64,000 bases of DNA from assembly GCA_048772705.1 (NCBI GenBank), contig JBLWGC010000082.1:62001-126000 (forward strand), read 5' to 3'. The DNA is from Leidyana gryllorum EB-2025a (Eukaryota > Protista > Apicomplexa). Both the position numbers and the translations under genes were made by a program. Shown in pieces: positions 1 through 10,485 of the stretch (the first letter of the stretch is position 1; every line of letters begins with the position of its first letter). A model generated the notes under the pieces. It searched no databases, was not told the DNA's origin, and saw only the letters and a list, made by a program, of their open reading frames with translations.

Positions 1-35
1 GGAGCACCGGGACAGAAATGGTCCCGGCGAAGACA

Positions 36-173
36 GACAATGGGAAGTCTGTTGGTCTCGAGCTGAGAATGGGGTCAGTCTGTCAGTCTGGAACTACTGC
101 AAATGGGGTCAGTCTTGAACCGACAATGGGAAGTCTGTCAGTCGGTCTGAAACTACTGCAAATGGGAAGTCTC
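36..173. repeat. Degenerate minisatellite-like repeat
   Basis: Recurring blocks gacaatgggaagtctgt, aatggggtcagtct and aactactgcaaatggg, each present 2-3 times. Confidence 0.6.
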
Positions 174-415
174 TTAGTGTCAAACAGAAGTTTCGGCTGC
201 GGGTTGGCCCGGGGTGAAAGTATGTACTCCAAGCCTGAAGGCTATCAGCCACCCGAACAGGCTTTGTTTGCAACACTTATGTGACAGCACAATTTGATTC
301 AAAAAATGAGGTCAAAAATCGAATGGGATCACACTTGGAGGTAATCTTCGGTACCCACCCCTTTCACAACAAAACTACTCGGATCTGTCACTTTCGAAGG
401 GCAGTTCGACCCACT

Positions 416-2620
416 TCACAACTTCTCGAAGCTCACGGCAAAACCGCCACCCGATGCAACCCACTGAAGAAACTCGGAGCCTTTGGTGACGACCATCTCG
501 CGGATGTCATAGGCATGAGGGTTAGTCCAGTAGTGCGCAGTTGGAGCATCGTAGTAAATTCTGGCCCGGTAGTAGGCGTCTTCCAGGAAGTTGAGACTGA
601 ATCGGGCGAAGCGAGGATTCATTCCATTGACACTGCCCATGTACCAGTTGTCCGAGTACTTGTCGCGTCTGGCAATGGTGACAAAGGAACCGGGCTCAGC
701 TTCTATATACCGAGATTGTTGCCACTCAACGGGAACTTCCTTGATAAAATCGAATCCTCGTCCAATATGGCGAGCATAGTTGTCGGGCGTGTCAGCTGCC
801 ATTTGAAGTGGTGTGTACATTGTGACATAGAGCGCTAATTGGTTGGCAATAGTGGTATTGGCTTTGGCAATACTCGGCTGCGACGGGTCTTCGTTATCCA
901 CCCACGTGAAAATATCCATGTTCATCAGGCCGGGGGTGTAATCCATGGGACCACCGATTTGTCTGGTGAAGGGGAGAATAGTCGTGTGATGGGGGTGATT
1001 GCCGCCAGCAAAGGCGTGATATTCTGTTCCTCGGGCTGACTCTTGAGCGAGCAGGTTGGGGTAAGTACGGGAGAGACCAGTGGGTCTGACGGCCTCGTGG
1101 GCGTTCACAGAAATATTGTACTTTATGGCCTCAGTGACACAGTAGAGATAGTGGTTCACCATGTCCTGACTGTAGTGGTGATGCCCGTAAGGGAGCATAT
1201 TGCCCACATATCCACTCTTCACACTGTTGTAGCCGTGGTCGACCATGAACTGATAGGCGCGGTGGAGGTGACGCTCGTAGTTGCGAGTAGAAGACGAAGT
1301 CTCGTGGTGCATCATCATCTTGATGTTATGGTCCTTGGCATACTGCTGGATCTCTTCTACATCAAAGTCAGGATAAGGCGTCAAGAAGTCAAAGACATAA
1401 TCTTTCATCAGATTCGCCCACTCTTCCCAACCAACGTTCCATCCTTCAACCAACAATGCATCGAATCCGTGTTCAGAGGCGAAATCGATATATCTCTTCA
1501 CGCGGCTTGTCTCCGCGCCATGACGTCCGTGAGGCTTCGCCTTGTCAAAATCGGTAACGCCGAGTTGAACACTGCCATCAAAGTCAGAGGTAAAATCCCA
1601 TCTCTTGTCGTTGGCAATCATCTCGAACCAGACTCCCATATACTTGATGGGTTTGACCCATTCCTCCCACTTGAGGTCGGGGTCAGCGGGCTCGTTGAGA
1701 TTGTAAGTAATACGACTCGCCAGGATATCGGCACCGCTGCGACCGGCGATAATGGTACGCCAGGGGGTCACATTCGGCGCTTGAAGATGAGCTTTGACTC
1801 CGACTGAGTCGGGGGTGAGATGAGACTCGAAGATCATATTCTCATCGTCCAGCCACAGATGCATACAAGAGTAGTTCACCAAGGCCGCCTCGTGGATGTT
1901 GATGTAAATGCCATCGTCCGTCTTCAATTGCAACGCAGTCTGCGTCGATGGAGCGCCTATTGGGGTGGTCGAGGAGTTCTCATCCAGGGCGTCGTCATAC
2001 AGATAACGAATGTACGACATACGAGAGGCCACATAGTTGAACTCTTGGGTATCGTAGTCCCCAGGTATCCACCAAGCGTGGTGGTCTCCCGTCATAGCAA
2101 ATTCTGTGCGTTCTTCCTTGACGTGGTAATAGATCAGATTGGGCTGAGCCGGGAACTCGTAGCGGAACCCGAGACCGTCATCGAAGAGACGGAACCGAAT
2201 GTTCATCTTCCGACTCCGCTCATCATCCTGCACCAGACGAACGAGGAGTTCGTTGTGATGGTCGATGATCGCATCCTCCTCGCCCCAATACGGATACCAG
2301 ACCTCGTCGTGGTCATCGAATGTCGCAAACCCCTCGGCTTCATTCGGCTTGAAGTTGTCATATAAGGAGTCCGTAGGAGCTGCGGGATTGCTGAAGTCTC
2401 TGTCGGCGAAGAGCTCTAATCCCATTCCACTTTTCAGTACTATGGGGTCCTCCCCAAGCCACAGCTCATAAGTTGGACGCCCGGTCTCACTCAATGAGAA
2501 GACCATCCTCATGGCCTCGGAGGGAGAATACATCTCAATCACCGACTCATCATCCCCGTTTTGGGCGTAGCCCAGACCCACCGTGTGGGCCACAAAAAGT
2601 AAAGTTGCAATACGTGTCAT
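416..2620 (-). CDS. Glycoside hydrolase family 97 (SusB-like inverting alpha-glucosidase/glucoamylase), secreted; copy 1
   Basis: 734-aa intronless ORF with N-terminal signal peptide. GH97 motifs RLFDDGLGFRYEFP, WIPGDYDTQE, HEAALVNY, LVEGWNVGW, MMHHETS, KSGYVG, NAHEAVRPTG, QESARGTEY, GGPMDYTPG, PLQMAAD. Confidence 0.95.
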   Translation of the reverse strand: MTRIATLLFVAHTVGLGYAQNGDDESVIEMYSPSEAMRMVFSLSETGRPTYELWLGEDPIVLKSGMGLELFADRDFSNPAAPTDSLYDNFKPNEAEGFATFDDHDEVWYPYWGEEDAIIDHHNELLVRLVQDDERSRKMNIRFRLFDDGLGFRYEFPAQPNLIYYHVKEERTEFAMTGDHHAWWIPGDYDTQEFNYVASRMSYIRYLYDDALDENSSTTPIGAPSTQTALQLKTDDGIYINIHEAALVNYSCMHLWLDDENMIFESHLTPDSVGVKAHLQAPNVTPWRTIIAGRSGADILASRITYNLNEPADPDLKWEEWVKPIKYMGVWFEMIANDKRWDFTSDFDGSVQLGVTDFDKAKPHGRHGAETSRVKRYIDFASEHGFDALLVEGWNVGWEEWANLMKDYVFDFLTPYPDFDVEEIQQYAKDHNIKMMMHHETSSSTRNYERHLHRAYQFMVDHGYNSVKSGYVGNMLPYGHHHYSQDMVNHYLYCVTEAIKYNISVNAHEAVRPTGLSRTYPNLLAQESARGTEYHAFAGGNHPHHTTILPFTRQIGGPMDYTPGLMNMDIFTWVDNEDPSQPSIAKANTTIANQLALYVTMYTPLQMAADTPDNYARHIGRGFDFIKEVPVEWQQSRYIEAEPGSFVTIARRDKYSDNWYMGSVNGMNPRFARFSLNFLEDAYYRARIYYDAPTAHYWTNPHAYDIREMVVTKGSEFLQWVASGGGFAVSFEKL

Positions 2621-2942
2621 ACCCCCCTGAAAATTGGATTTGTGAGAATCGTGGGGATCGCCGGTGTGCGGCGTCTCAGTTGTGACACTCTCAAAGATTG
2701 ATCGTCTATCGACGCGTTCAGCTCAAAAATGAGAAAAGATCTGCTGTTAATTCGGGCTCACTTGACAAAAAACTCAGAGTTATTCAGCACTCAATATGCC
2801 GAGCAGAAAATAACAATTCAAGTAAACGCAGCGTAGAAGTGTCGCCGGGATTCGAAAATAGTGTAGCGAGAGAGAGAGGAAAAAAAGTTGATGATGTCTC
2901 TGACCGACCGATCAATCAGTCAGGCGTGTCTCGCGACTGAGA

Positions 2943-5120
2943 TCAGGCCTTCACCTTGTTGAAGCTGACAGCAAATCCACCGCCTGAAGCCACCCACTGA
3001 AGCAACTCTGAATCCTTGGTGACAACTTGCTCCCGGATGTCATAGGCGTGGGGATTGGTAGCGTAGTGGGCGGTGGGCGTGTCGTAATAAATCTTGGCGT
3101 GGTAATAAAATCCCTCATCGAGGAAATCGAGACTTATTCGGCAGTACCGGGGATCTTCGTTCGCTATGCTTCCGAGATACCAACTGTCCGAATGCTTGTC
3201 GAGTCGAGCGATAGTGAGGTAGGAACCCGGCTCGGCTTCGATATAGACCGACCGTTCCCAGTCCACAGGTACCTCTTTGATAAAATTGAAACCGCGTCCC
3301 ACGTGAGGTTGATAGTTGAAATAAGTGTCGGCAGCCATTTGCAGGGGACTGTACATAGTGACATAGAGGGCCAATTGTTTGGCAATGGTCGACTTGATCT
3401 TTTGCTGGTTGTTGGCCTGGGGGTTGACCCAAGATCCAAGATCGACGTTCATTATCCCAGGTGTATAGTCCATCGGGCCTCCAATCTGACGAGTGAAGGG
3501 GAGAATAGTCAGATGGTGAGGGTGATTGTCAGTGTACTCCTGGCCACGAGCAGACTCTTGAGCAATGAGGTTGGGGTAAGTACGGGACAGACCAGTGGGT
3601 CTGACGGCCTCGTGGGCGTTCACAGAAATATTGTACTTTATTGCCTCTTTGATACAGTAGAGATAGTGGTTCACCATGTCCTGACTGTAGTGGTGGTTGC
3701 CGTGGGGAAGCATATTGCCCACATATCCACTCTTCACACTCTTGTAGCCGTGGTCGACCATGAACTCATAGGCGCGGTGGAGGTGACGCTCGTAGTTGCG
3801 AGTGGAACCGGAGCTTTCGTGGTGCATCATGAGCTCAATGTTCTTCTCCTTTGCATATTGAACCAGTTCCTCCAGCTTGAAGTCAGGGTAAGGCGTAACA
3901 AAGTCGAACACATAATCCTTCCAGTTACCGAACCAGTCTTCCCAGCCTACGTTCCATCCCTCTATAAGCAGAGCGTCGAAGCCGTGTTCGGCAGCAAAGT
4001 CCAAATAGGCAATCACATTCTTGGTCTCCGCACCGTGGTTGTTATGAGGCTCGACATTGTCATATTGGGTGACTCCCAGCTGCACTCCAGCAATATCGAA
4101 CGTGTAATCCCACCGGGAGTGACCAACAATCATCTCCCACCAGACTCCCATAAACTTGATGGGTTTGACCCATTCCTCCCACTTGAGGTCGGGGTCAGCG
4201 GGCTCGTTGAGGTTGTAAGTGATACGACTCGCCAGGATATCGGCACCGCTGCGACCGGCGATAATGGTACGCCAGGGGGTCACATTCGGCGCTTGAAGAT
4301 GAGCTTTGACGCCCACAGCGTCGGGGGTGAGATGAGACTCGAAGATCATATTCTCATCGTCCAGGTCGAGATGCATACAAGAGTAGTTCACCAAGGCCGC
4401 CTCGTGGATGTTGATGTAAATGCCATCGTCAGTTTTCATCTGAAGGGCAGTCTGCACACCCGTCTTGGAGAAAGGGTAAAACGACGCGTTGTCCTCGACA
4501 GCATTATCGTGCAGATAGCGAATATACGACAGGCGAGACGCGGTATACTGCCATTCCTGAGTGTCGTAGTCACCCGGAATCCACCAGGCACGATGGTCTC
4601 CGGTCAGGGCGAACTGAGTGCGTTCTTCCTTGACGTGGTAATAGATCAGATTGGGCTGAGCCGGGAACTCGTAGCGGAACCCGAGACCGTCATCGAAGAG
4701 ACGGAACCGAATGTTCATCTTCCGAGCTCGCTCATCTTTCTGTACCAGCCGAACCAGGAGCTCGTTATGGTAGTCCCGGATCTCTGATTCTTCACCCCAG
4801 TAGGGCTTCCACGTCTCATCGTGCTGCCTCCTCTCAGTCGCCGGGCCGTCAGCCGTATTGTACTCAAAGTTGTCGAACAGCGAGTCAGTTGGAGCGTCAG
4901 AGTTGGCGAAATCGCGGTCTCCAAACAACTCCAATCCCATACCACTCGGCAGAATGACTGGATCTGTACCGAGATCCAACGAATATGTAGGCCTTCCCGT
5001 CTCGCTGATCTCAAAGGTCATCGTCATCGTCCCCGCAGGGGACTGCAGAGTCTCCAGAGCATCGGCAGTCCAGCATTGCCAAACAAAAACTCCTATCAAT
5101 CCACCAGAAAAGCGTCTCAT
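2943..5120 (-). CDS. Glycoside hydrolase family 97 (inverting type), secreted; copy 2
   Basis: Same GH97 motifs (HHESS, KSGYVG, NAHEA, QESARGQEY). Start placed at the ATG of MRRFSGGLIGVFVWQCWTADA (signal peptide), not the non-ATG ORF-track start at 5159. Confidence 0.95.
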   Translation of the reverse strand: MRRFSGGLIGVFVWQCWTADALETLQSPAGTMTMTFEISETGRPTYSLDLGTDPVILPSGMGLELFGDRDFANSDAPTDSLFDNFEYNTADGPATERRQHDETWKPYWGEESEIRDYHNELLVRLVQKDERARKMNIRFRLFDDGLGFRYEFPAQPNLIYYHVKEERTQFALTGDHRAWWIPGDYDTQEWQYTASRLSYIRYLHDNAVEDNASFYPFSKTGVQTALQMKTDDGIYINIHEAALVNYSCMHLDLDDENMIFESHLTPDAVGVKAHLQAPNVTPWRTIIAGRSGADILASRITYNLNEPADPDLKWEEWVKPIKFMGVWWEMIVGHSRWDYTFDIAGVQLGVTQYDNVEPHNNHGAETKNVIAYLDFAAEHGFDALLIEGWNVGWEDWFGNWKDYVFDFVTPYPDFKLEELVQYAKEKNIELMMHHESSGSTRNYERHLHRAYEFMVDHGYKSVKSGYVGNMLPHGNHHYSQDMVNHYLYCIKEAIKYNISVNAHEAVRPTGLSRTYPNLIAQESARGQEYTDNHPHHLTILPFTRQIGGPMDYTPGIMNVDLGSWVNPQANNQQKIKSTIAKQLALYVTMYSPLQMAADTYFNYQPHVGRGFNFIKEVPVDWERSVYIEAEPGSYLTIARLDKHSDSWYLGSIANEDPRYCRISLDFLDEGFYYHAKIYYDTPTAHYATNPHAYDIREQVVTKDSELLQWVASGGGFAVSFNKVKA

Positions 5121-5527
5121 CAGAAATTGCACAAGACCGCTCCGACAGGGGGAGCGCACTGTGTGCGGTGTCTCCAGCTGCTACACGGAGACTGGCATGG
5201 ACAATTCTACCTGCCTTTGTCGCGTTTCCAAAACACGCCGGTAGGGTACCGTAAGAAGTGTTAGATGGTGGAAGAACATAGTCTGGAATCAATTTTCAGT
5301 TAGTTTTGAGGTCAATTGCAGTACATCACAAAAACTTGACTGCTTACAAAGGTTATATGTATAGAGCGCGGACTTTGGAACCAGAACCCTTTCGTTGCCG
5401 CGATTACTCGGTCGATCGATCACTGCATCCCAGTTGATCGCAGTCAAACAATCAGAAGGGCGTATAAAAAACTGATCGAATCAATATCTTGAGCGAAAGC
5501 TCTTAAGCCATTCGGTGTGTGTTAGAG

Positions 5528-7753
5528 TTAGCTTCTCTCAATCTTCTTGAAGCTGGCAGCGAAACCACCACCAGAGGCAGTCCATTGGAGGAACTCAGAT
5601 CCCTTGGTGACCACAACCTCGCGAATGTCATAAGCATGCGGGTTAGTCCAATAGTGGGCACCCGGGAGATCGTAGTAAATTTTGGCCAGGTAGAACTCTC
5701 CCTCGGTCAAGAAATCGAGGTTGAGACGCACGTACCTTGGTTCCAAGGAGTTCACATTGCCCATGAACCAGTTGTCGCTGTTCTTGTCGAGTCTGGCGAT
5801 GGTGACATACGAGCCCGGCTCAGCCTCAAGGTACACCGAGCGCTTCCAGTCCACCGGGACGTCTTTGATGAAGGTGAAGGCACGGTCCACATGAGGCTGG
5901 TAGTTTTCCACGGTGTCAGCGGCCATTTGCAGGGGACTATACATTGTGACATAGAGTCCGAGCTGGTTGGCGATGGTGGAGTTGACTTTGGCTTCGAGGT
6001 CCACGTCGTCCTCGTGACGAGTGCTCGGGTCCTTGTCGATCCACTCGAAAATGTCCATGTTGAACACACCTGGCGTGTAATCCATGGGGCCACCGAGTTG
6101 ACGGGTGAAGGGAAGGATAGTGACATGGTGGGGGTGATTGCCGTTCTCGAAAGCCTGGTACTCCTGGCCACGAGCAGATTCTTGCGCGAGCAGGTTGGGG
6201 TAAGTACGGGAGAGACCAGTGGGTCTGACGGCCTCGTGGGCGTTCACAGAAATATTGTATTTGACGGCCTCCTGGACACAGTAAAGATAGTGGTTCACCA
6301 TGTCCTGACTGTAGTGGTGGTTGCCGTGGGGAAGCATATTGCCCACATATCCACTCTTCACACTCTTGTAGCCGTGTTCGACCATGAACTCATAGGCGCG
6401 GTGGAGGTGACGCTCGTAGTTGCGAGTGGAACCGGAGGTCTCATGGTGCATCATCAACTTGATGCCCAGCTCTTGGGCGAGATCGGTCAGATGTTCCAGC
6501 TTAAAGTCCGGGTACGGCGTGACGAAATCGAACACGTACTCCTTCCAGTTGCCGAACCAATCCTCCCATCCCTCATTCCAGCCTTCGACAAGAAGAGCAT
6601 CGAAGCCGTGCTCGGCAGCGAAGCGGAGGTACTTCTCCACGTTGTCAGTAGTGGCGCCATGAATGTTGTGGGGCGTGAGCTCGGCATAATTAGTTTCGCC
6701 GAGCTTGACACTTTCCACGTCACGAGTGTAATCCCATCTGCGGTGGTCAGTGATCATTTCCCACCAGACTCCCATGTACTTGACAGGCTTGACCCACTCT
6801 TCCCATTTAACTGACGGGTCAGCCGGTTCGTTGAGGTTGTAAGTGATGCGACTGGCGAGGATGTCGGTTGCTTTGCGGCCAGCAATGACGGTTCTCCACG
6901 GGGTTACGTTGGGCGCTTGGAGGTGAGCCTTGACGCCAACGGCATCAGGAGTGAGGTGCGACTCAAAAATCATGTTGGTGTCGTCAACAGTGAGATGCAT
7001 ACAGGAGTAGTTGACAAGAGCGGCCTCGTGAATATTGATGTAGATACCCTCATCGGTCTTCAATTGGAGTGCAGTTTGGACTCCAGTAGGACCGAAGGGG
7101 TATGCTGCGACGTTCTCCTCGAGAGCATCGTAGTACAGGTGACGGATATAAGACATACGGGAAGACTGGTAGTTCCACTCCTGAGTATCGTAGTCACCCG
7201 GGATCCACCAAACATGATGATCTCCGGTCATAGCGAATTGGGTGCGTTCTTCCTTGACGTGGTAATAGATCAGATTGGGCTGAGCCGGGAACTCGTAGCG
7301 GAACCCGAGACCTTCATCAAAGAGTCGGAACCGAATGTTCATCTTCCGACTCCGCTCATCATCCTGCACCAGACGAACGAGGAGTTCGTTGTGATAGTCG
7401 CGAATCTCGTCTTCTTCACCCCAGTAGGGCTTCCACGTCTCATCGTGCTCCCTCCTCTCCGTTGCCGCACCCTCAGCAGTGTTCAAGACAAAGTTGTCGT
7501 AAAGCGAATCACTTGGGGCGTCAGAGTTGGCAAAGTCCCTGTCTCCAAATAGCTCCAAACCCATACCACTGGGCAGAATAACTGGATCCTCTCCCAAAAA
7601 TAGCGAGTAGGTGGGGCGTCCAGTATCCGAGAGATCGAATGTAAGCGTCATCGCCCCCTCTGGAGACGTCAAAGTTAGAGGGAGAGATGTTTGTTGGCCA
7701 TTGGCTGATTGCCACGAGAGAAGCCCGAACACTTGGAGTGAGAACCACTTCAT
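5528..7753 (-). CDS. Glycoside hydrolase family 97 (inverting type), secreted; copy 3
   Basis: 741 aa with signal peptide. LVEGWNEGWEDW, HHETSG, KSGYVG, NAHEA and QESARGQEY are all intact. Confidence 0.95.
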   Translation of the reverse strand: MKWFSLQVFGLLSWQSANGQQTSLPLTLTSPEGAMTLTFDLSDTGRPTYSLFLGEDPVILPSGMGLELFGDRDFANSDAPSDSLYDNFVLNTAEGAATERREHDETWKPYWGEEDEIRDYHNELLVRLVQDDERSRKMNIRFRLFDEGLGFRYEFPAQPNLIYYHVKEERTQFAMTGDHHVWWIPGDYDTQEWNYQSSRMSYIRHLYYDALEENVAAYPFGPTGVQTALQLKTDEGIYINIHEAALVNYSCMHLTVDDTNMIFESHLTPDAVGVKAHLQAPNVTPWRTVIAGRKATDILASRITYNLNEPADPSVKWEEWVKPVKYMGVWWEMITDHRRWDYTRDVESVKLGETNYAELTPHNIHGATTDNVEKYLRFAAEHGFDALLVEGWNEGWEDWFGNWKEYVFDFVTPYPDFKLEHLTDLAQELGIKLMMHHETSGSTRNYERHLHRAYEFMVEHGYKSVKSGYVGNMLPHGNHHYSQDMVNHYLYCVQEAVKYNISVNAHEAVRPTGLSRTYPNLLAQESARGQEYQAFENGNHPHHVTILPFTRQLGGPMDYTPGVFNMDIFEWIDKDPSTRHEDDVDLEAKVNSTIANQLGLYVTMYSPLQMAADTVENYQPHVDRAFTFIKDVPVDWKRSVYLEAEPGSYVTIARLDKNSDNWFMGNVNSLEPRYVRLNLDFLTEGEFYLAKIYYDLPGAHYWTNPHAYDIREVVVTKGSEFLQWTASGGGFAASFKKIERS

Positions 7754-7887
7754 GTTAGTGACTGAGAGCGAGTGATAATATCTATCTTCTTACCAACCTC
7801 GGACAGTCCACAATGTGCGACCCAACCCAAAGTCCCATGGAGACGCACACGGCTGCAAACACTATAAAACTAACACCTAAATAGATT

Positions 7888-7990
7888 ACGACGACGACGA
7901 CGACGACGACAAAAGGGGGGAAGCAGAGAAACAGAAGGAGGGTGGCGAAGTGAGTGAGTGTGAGTGAGTCAGAGGGTCAGAGTGAGAAAG
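7888..7990. repeat. (GAC)n microsatellite followed by a (GAGT)n-like tract
   Basis: acgacgacgacgacgacgac, then gtgagtgagtgtgagtgagt, upstream of GH97 copy 3. Confidence 0.7.
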
Positions 7991-8358
7991 AAAGTACAAC
8001 GTTGGCGGTAGAATGTATGGATCACAAAAGTGCCGTCTCCCGTCAGTGGCAGTGTTCGAGCTGTGGGTATCGGTGTGTTCGTGCATCTCTCTGCGCAATC
8101 GATGACAAGAGAATGGTCTGACAAGTCCATTGGGATTATTGCGGATGTTTGTTGTGTTTTTGTCACGGGTGGTGCCAGAAATCAGACAACGGAACTACAG
8201 AATCTAACTAAAAAGTGTCTCAAGTGAGGGTGGAAAGATGAGATCTCGTTGTGGGCGATTGCAGGAAGCATGGATTGGTCGGTCGACCCGTCGCATGACC
8301 AATCCATGATAGTGATAATGTGCGTTTGGCCCTCGGCGGCGACCGACCAATCAGTCTC

Positions 8359-10485
8359 TCAACAGCCTTTGTGATGGGAATGTCTGACGAGATGACAGAA
8401 GAAGCCTCCGTTTTCGGCCGTGACTATCGTTATGCGGTCTTTGCGGCGCACAGTGGTGGTGTTCTGAGTGTAAGATTCTGGATTGGTGGTATCAGTGAGA
8501 TCTGAATCGCTAAATATTGTGGCAATATAGTCGGAATTCCTGTCCAGGAAGTTGAGTGAGAAATCAACAACGCGGCGTTTTGTCGATGAAATCCCGGCAA
8601 TGAACCAGTCGCCTCGCTTGTTCGGGACTTTTCGAGCAACCGTGACGTACTGACCAATTTCTGCTTCCAAATACAAAGTGCGAGACCAGCGGGTCGGTAG
8701 GGCCTCTATGGTCGCAAGCAGAGGAGTGTGTGCCAATAAATTATCGGGAGTGTCAGCGACGAGCTGATTCGGAGAGTAAAGTACCACCAGGAGCGCGACT
8801 TGTTTGATTAACGATCCAAGTTGAGGGGCAAATGATAGACCATTAAGTCTGACAATGCCACCGCCGTATTCAACGGGTGCACCGATTAAATGGTTCCAGG
8901 GAAGAACAGTCGCGTGTGAATGTTTCGATTGACTATAAGTTGCTGAAAAATCGCCGTTGGTTTGGCCCAGAGTCGCGGAGAACAAATTTGGGTATCTCCT
9001 CGACAGACCTGTTGGCTTCAAGCCCACTTTAAAGGAGATTGCGAGTCTATTTTGGAGAGCTTCCTCAATGAGAGTGCGATAGTGAGCATTGGTGCGTTGG
9101 CTTCCGCGGTAAGCGCCGTTGCCCAGTTGGTGGGCGCCTTGATACTCGATCTTCACCGCCTTGTACTGATTGAGTTCGACGGTGCGCCTCAGCGCTGCGG
9201 ACGCTTTCCGACTGTACTCAGTGATGGCAGTACCAACTTGATAGTGGCGAATGAGTGATATGTTGCGATCCGCGGCGAACGATACAATCTGCTCCTCGTC
9301 AATGTCGGGGTACGGCTGGATAAAGTCGAACAGCACGTTCTTGTCGTCGCTAAGCCGCCAACTCTCCCAGCCTTCATTCCAGCCTTCGAAACTTACGGCG
9401 TCGAACCCGTGACGAGCAGCAAAATCAATATAAGTCATTATTCGCTCAGTGGTGGCTCCATGGCGATGATTGGGAGTCATCTCACCATAATCAGTGACGC
9501 CTATTTCTACCGGATCGTCCGTATAATGCCATGTCTTTTGACCAATCACCATTTCCCACCACACACCAACAGATTTGAGGGGCTGAATCCAAGTGGCATC
9601 GGCCACAACAGACTCTTCATTCAGATTATAGATCATATGACTCGTCAAGATGGCAGCGGGATCTCGCGTTACCATAACACTGCGCCACGGAGTAGTCACA
9701 GGACCGCTCAACACTCCGCTTGTAGTCGCACCGGCGTTGTCACGAGTTAAGTGTGCAGCAAAAGTCTGTGAGGCCGCGTCATATCTCAAATTCATGGAGG
9801 GGAAGATGTCGCCCCCAGCCTCATGAATGTTTATGTAAACCCCGTCTGCGCTCCTCATCGTGATAGGCGTACGTACAACAGAGTCGCTCTTCTCTACTTC
9901 GAGGAGCACAGACGATATAGCACTCAAATCAGACTCTATAAAAGTGTAATCATCCTTGGTGGCCGGAGCCCACCAAGCCCGATGGTCGCCTCGTACTCTG
10001 AATTCAGTCCGCTCGGCCAATATTGGTTCTTCAAACAGTGTCTCCTGCTCTGGAAACTCCATGTTGAAGGCAATGCCAATATCATAGGCTCGTAAATTTA
10101 TCAATACTTGCCGACGGATCGGACGACTTTGAGTGGCCCGGATGGTCAACTGGTTGTAGTGATCTTCAACAACACTCTGCTCACCCCAAACCGGGCGCCA
10201 TTCTTCTCGTGGCATAGAGTAGAACGGAATCATTCCAGACATCACCCAACCGTCGTACAGTGAACTCTCCGGGTACCCGCCTGTCGCTAACTCGAATCCA
10301 ATGCGACTGAATGGTATAACTATCTCAGAACCCAACCTCACTTGATAACTGATCACACCGTCGTCGTCAATCTTCAGAGTACCAGTAACATTCTCGTTCG
10401 GTGAAGGCATATCGTACATCACCGCACCTCTCACCACTGTAAGGCACAACAACAACAGTAATAGCAGATTATGCCCATTATACAT
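8359..10485 (-). CDS. Divergent GH97-family protein with remodelled active site; copy 4
   Basis: 708 aa with Leu-rich signal peptide. GH97 scaffold motifs (RAYDIGIAF, INIHEAG, TPWRSV, VWWEM, EGWNEGW, KPTGLSRRYPN, LEAEIGQYVTVARK) are present, but the catalytic Glu motifs are replaced. Confidence 0.88.
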   Translation of the reverse strand: MYNGHNLLLLLLLCLTVVRGAVMYDMPSPNENVTGTLKIDDDGVISYQVRLGSEIVIPFSRIGFELATGGYPESSLYDGWVMSGMIPFYSMPREEWRPVWGEQSVVEDHYNQLTIRATQSRPIRRQVLINLRAYDIGIAFNMEFPEQETLFEEPILAERTEFRVRGDHRAWWAPATKDDYTFIESDLSAISSVLLEVEKSDSVVRTPITMRSADGVYINIHEAGGDIFPSMNLRYDAASQTFAAHLTRDNAGATTSGVLSGPVTTPWRSVMVTRDPAAILTSHMIYNLNEESVVADATWIQPLKSVGVWWEMVIGQKTWHYTDDPVEIGVTDYGEMTPNHRHGATTERIMTYIDFAARHGFDAVSFEGWNEGWESWRLSDDKNVLFDFIQPYPDIDEEQIVSFAADRNISLIRHYQVGTAITEYSRKASAALRRTVELNQYKAVKIEYQGAHQLGNGAYRGSQRTNAHYRTLIEEALQNRLAISFKVGLKPTGLSRRYPNLFSATLGQTNGDFSATYSQSKHSHATVLPWNHLIGAPVEYGGGIVRLNGLSFAPQLGSLIKQVALLVVLYSPNQLVADTPDNLLAHTPLLATIEALPTRWSRTLYLEAEIGQYVTVARKVPNKRGDWFIAGISSTKRRVVDFSLNFLDRNSDYIATIFSDSDLTDTTNPESYTQNTTTVRRKDRITIVTAENGGFFCHLVRHSHHKGC

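Noticed and set aside
18-284. 88-aa ORF at the window start
   Set aside because: Built from a degenerate repeat; no recognisable protein features.
281-7552. Long + strand ORFs antisense to GH97 copies 1-3 (e.g. 3027-4787, 586 aa; 5519-6814, 431 aa)
   Set aside because: Codon-registered antisense shadows caused by biased codon usage. V/H/D-rich, motif-free, and broken at different places in the paralogues.
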